This document shows, piece by piece, positions 61,373-64,000 of a stretch of 64,000 nt of DNA (position 1 is the first letter of the stretch; every line of letters starts with the position of its first letter). The stretch lies in the NCBI GenBank assembly GCA_963665815.1, contig OY762463.1:1920001-1984000 (forward strand), given 5' to 3'. The notes beneath the pieces are model-generated. The model searched no databases. It saw nothing but the letters and a program-made list of their open reading frames with translations, and was not told the DNA's origin. A program made the translations under genes and the position numbers. This DNA comes from Candidatus Cloacimonadales bacterium. Lineage in GTDB: Bacteria > Cloacimonadota > Cloacimonadia > Cloacimonadales > JAIOQZ01.

Positions 61373-63124
61373 CTATCCGGAATTTGAATAGAAAGTATCC
61401 AGAATAAGCATGATAACTTCATAGTTTTCAAAATTACTCTGATTCGATTTTATATCTTCCATTATTGCATTAAACGAATTGCGTTTCTCCACAGGTAATG
61501 AATTCAGATAATTAATGAATTTCTCGTCCTTTATTGATCCCAGGATTTTCTCACGTTTCTGTTTTTCCATTGAATAGTAATTTCTGAATTTTTCGGAATT
61601 CTGAAATGCATCATTAATAATTTTTTCAATTCTATGTCTATAAAGATGAAACTTAATAACCTTTTTGTACCCGTTTTCCACAATTACCTGTCTTTCCTGA
61701 GGATTCGCGAGATAGTAACTTATCTTTTCTTTTAGATCCGTAATTGATGAAAATGTAACAACGTCTCTTCCCGGTTCAAACAACTCAGGTAAAAGAATTC
61801 TCTCATCCACAAGCTGAAATCCTCCGCAGGCAATTATCTCAAAAGTACGAGGATTAACAAAATCTCCGTTTTCCTCAAAATAACCGGTACTCATTGCAGA
61901 ATGCAGATTGATGTTTATCTTTGCAGAATTATAAATCTTTACACTTTCTTCAATTGTGACACGTTCACCGTTCTTCATAACAAAAGGCTCAAGCTGTCTG
62001 TTATTCTCCCAGCCTGTCCCCCACACTTTCAGATCAAATTCCGTCAATTGTGCAAATAATGCATGTCTGTTTGGATATCCTGCCCCCATAAAGGAGACAT
62101 CAGAACCGTAAAATTTCTTCTCAGCACTATCTAATTCAAGTCTTTCATGTAATTCTGAGGAGGCTGCCATTGGTAGATAATCACAAAAACCTGCCCCATG
62201 AGATTTCAACATGGAAAGAAACGGTTCTTTCTGAATTCCATAGAACAAATCAAAGCTGCCGGCATATTCTTTCCAGTAATCAAATCTTTTGTAATCTTCT
62301 ACAAACCAGAATACTGATGTACAATCGGAGAACTCTCTGATAGAGTTCAGCAAATGTTTCGTTGCAGGTGATTGAGCCGGAAATATTGCCAGATGAGGTT
62401 TAAAAGCTTTGAATTCCTCCCAGAAAAGATCAGAAAGAAGTTCCGTTAATTTCAGAGCCATATATGAAGAATGACTTTTATTCTCAACAGAAGTTATTGC
62501 ATGAAGCATTGTTTCGGCATGAGCATTATCAACAATTTTAACCTGCACACCAAGTTTTTCGCAGGCATGCTGGATATATCTCGCTGTTGTATATGATCCA
62601 CCATATACCGGATAGTCCACAATAACTCTGAGTCCATTAAAATCAACAGTATCGGACGGAATAATATGAGGACTGTCAATTACAGATGATTCACTGAAAG
62701 CCAAAATTGATTCAGGGAAGAAATTCTTATAGGATGGGAGTATCATCACATCCTGCTTTTCTGAACGATTAATTTTCCTGAAATCAGTCGTAATTTCCAC
62801 TTTGCTCAGGAGACTTGACAGAAATTCCTGCTTTTCAGCAAGCTCAACTACATCTTTAACAGGTTCATAGACAATGATCTGCTTATACTCCTCCAATAAA
62901 GGTATAATATGATAACCAAAACCGAGACCGAACACTCTCAGTGAGTCATATTTTTTTTCTGAGAGAGTTTTTGCAGCTATTTTCTCTCCTTCTTTCTCGG
63001 GATTGTATTTACTATGTACATAATTTTCATTCAGCAGAATAATTTCCTTGCCGTTTCTGGCTGATTCTGTCTTTATTGTAATCATAGACAGATTAATATT
63101 ACTATGTGGATAATCTGAGTTCAT
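61373..63124 (-). CDS. CgeB-family glycosyltransferase with a Maf-like N-terminal domain
   Basis: HSKYNPEKE, FGLGFGYH, IVYEP; VSFMG..YPNR, KININLH, NPRTFEIIACGGFQL; start ATG 63124 (GGAGG). Confidence 0.8.
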   Translation of the reverse strand: MNSDYPHSNINLSMITIKTESARNGKEIILLNENYVHSKYNPEKEGEKIAAKTLSEKKYDSLRVFGLGFGYHIIPLLEEYKQIIVYEPVKDVVELAEKQEFLSSLLSKVEITTDFRKINRSEKQDVMILPSYKNFFPESILAFSESSVIDSPHIIPSDTVDFNGLRVIVDYPVYGGSYTTARYIQHACEKLGVQVKIVDNAHAETMLHAITSVENKSHSSYMALKLTELLSDLFWEEFKAFKPHLAIFPAQSPATKHLLNSIREFSDCTSVFWFVEDYKRFDYWKEYAGSFDLFYGIQKEPFLSMLKSHGAGFCDYLPMAASSELHERLELDSAEKKFYGSDVSFMGAGYPNRHALFAQLTEFDLKVWGTGWENNRQLEPFVMKNGERVTIEESVKIYNSAKININLHSAMSTGYFEENGDFVNPRTFEIIACGGFQLVDERILLPELFEPGRDVVTFSSITDLKEKISYYLANPQERQVIVENGYKKVIKFHLYRHRIEKIINDAFQNSEKFRNYYSMEKQKREKILGSIKDEKFINYLNSLPVEKRNSFNAIMEDIKSNQSNFENYEVIMLILDTFYSNSG

Positions 63125-63265
63125 TGAACCTCCGGAATTGATTGTGGAGAACAGAGAATAGTTCGTCAATAAATTTTATTGGAATGAAAATCATTGTAAA
63201 TCAAAAAGTTATTGACAAAACTTTGCGACCCCACAAACTTGCAAATTATAAAAATGGATTTTAGT

Positions 63266-63937
63266 ATGGGGATTAATATTATTATTGCAATAGATGGTCC
63301 GGCTTCTTCCGGTAAAAGTACTACCGCGAAGCAGTTGGCTAAACTATTGAAGTATATTTATATAGATACAGGTGCAATGTATAGAGCCTGTGCCTTATGT
63401 TCTTTGAAAAGTGGAATCGAGATTTCTGATCATGAAAAGCTTAAAAAAATGATCGAAGAAATTTCAATCTCATTTGAGTATAATGAAAACGGAAATCAGG
63501 TCTTTCTTAATGAAGAAAATGTTTCAAAGAGAATCAGAGAAGAAGATATTTCAAGACTATCTTCGGAAATAGCCGTAATTGGTTTTGTACGGGAAAGAAT
63601 GGTAGCTCTTCAGCAGAAAATGGGACAGAATTGTTCTGTTATTATGGATGGAAGAGACATAGGAACTGTTGTTTTTCCTGATGCAGACTATAAATTCTAC
63701 ATGGATGCCAGTGTTGAAAAACGGGCTGAAAGGAGATTTATTGAATTGCAGGACAGAAATGTCGAAACAGATTATAACTCTGTTCTTGAAGAAATGAAAT
63801 GGCGTGATCATAATGACATGAATCGCGAAATATCGCCATTAAGAAAAGCTGATGACGCAATAGTTGTTAAAACCGACAATATGACCATTGATGAGCAGGT
63901 CAGTTATATTTATAGCGTAGTTAAGAATGAAAAGTAG
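63266..63937 (+). CDS. cmk: Cytidylate kinase
   Basis: AIDGPASSGKST, DTGAMYRA, DGRDIGTVVFP; start ATG 63266 or 63254; TTGACA at 63212. Confidence 0.96.
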   Translation: MGINIIIAIDGPASSGKSTTAKQLAKLLKYIYIDTGAMYRACALCSLKSGIEISDHEKLKKMIEEISISFEYNENGNQVFLNEENVSKRIREEDISRLSSEIAVIGFVRERMVALQQKMGQNCSVIMDGRDIGTVVFPDADYKFYMDASVEKRAERRFIELQDRNVETDYNSVLEEMKWRDHNDMNREISPLRKADDAIVVKTDNMTIDEQVSYIYSVVKNEK

Positions 63938-64000
63938 TAAGTTTTACACATTAGCAAGAAATGCCACCAGATTTTTTCTGTATAAAATCTGCCGAATGGA
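63927..64000 (+). CDS. 5' fragment of the next gene (MKSSKFYTLARNATRFFLYKICRM), possibly a PlsC-like acyltransferase
   Basis: Overlaps the cmk stop and is open to the window end; product guessed from common cmk synteny only. Confidence 0.35.
   Translation, partial: MKSSKFYTLARNATRFFLYKICRM

Noticed and set aside
63105-63151. DnaA boxes TGTGGATAA and TGTGGAGAA as a possible origin
   Set aside because: Only two boxes, one inside a coding region; plausible by chance

Overview
AT-rich, gene-dense bacterial chromosome segment that is mostly core genome. It comes from a diderm, probably anaerobic FCB-group organism, most likely Cloacimonadota-like. That placement is inferred from the PorV-family barrels, T9SS-type C-terminal domains, BamD, class III RNR and gene style. 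Contents in order: 5' part of glyS; PTS-IIA and porV-like genes; an uncharacterised three-gene FHA operon; a diverged ~246-bp-period duplication of the nrdG 3' end; nrdDG; a TPR protein; tRNA-Arg(ACG) followed by a small accessory islet; ybbR-tsaD; two SurA/PpiD paralogues; a TPR histidine kinase; rpmH-rnpA-yidD-yidC-jag-MBL; an mreBCD-pbp2-rodA operon with an inserted CofE-like ligase; CIRCE-controlled hrcA-grpE-dnaK-dnaJ-rsmE; efp; a small Zn-ribbon protein; an M6 protease-PorV-S8 protease cluster; greA through eno; a response regulator; a Maf-N/CgeB glycosyltransferase; cmk. No CRISPR array, integrase, transposase or rRNA was seen. Best candidates for new biology: (1) a GC-enriched, highly structured ~290-nt noncoding element downstream of tsaD; (2) an F420-ligase-family gene wedged between mreC and mreD; (3) a stand-alone Zn-ribbon protein resembling DUF4295/bL38; (4) the cargo-PorV-cargo protease cluster; (5) the FHA/envelope operon. 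All family calls come from motif recognition by eye, not database searches.
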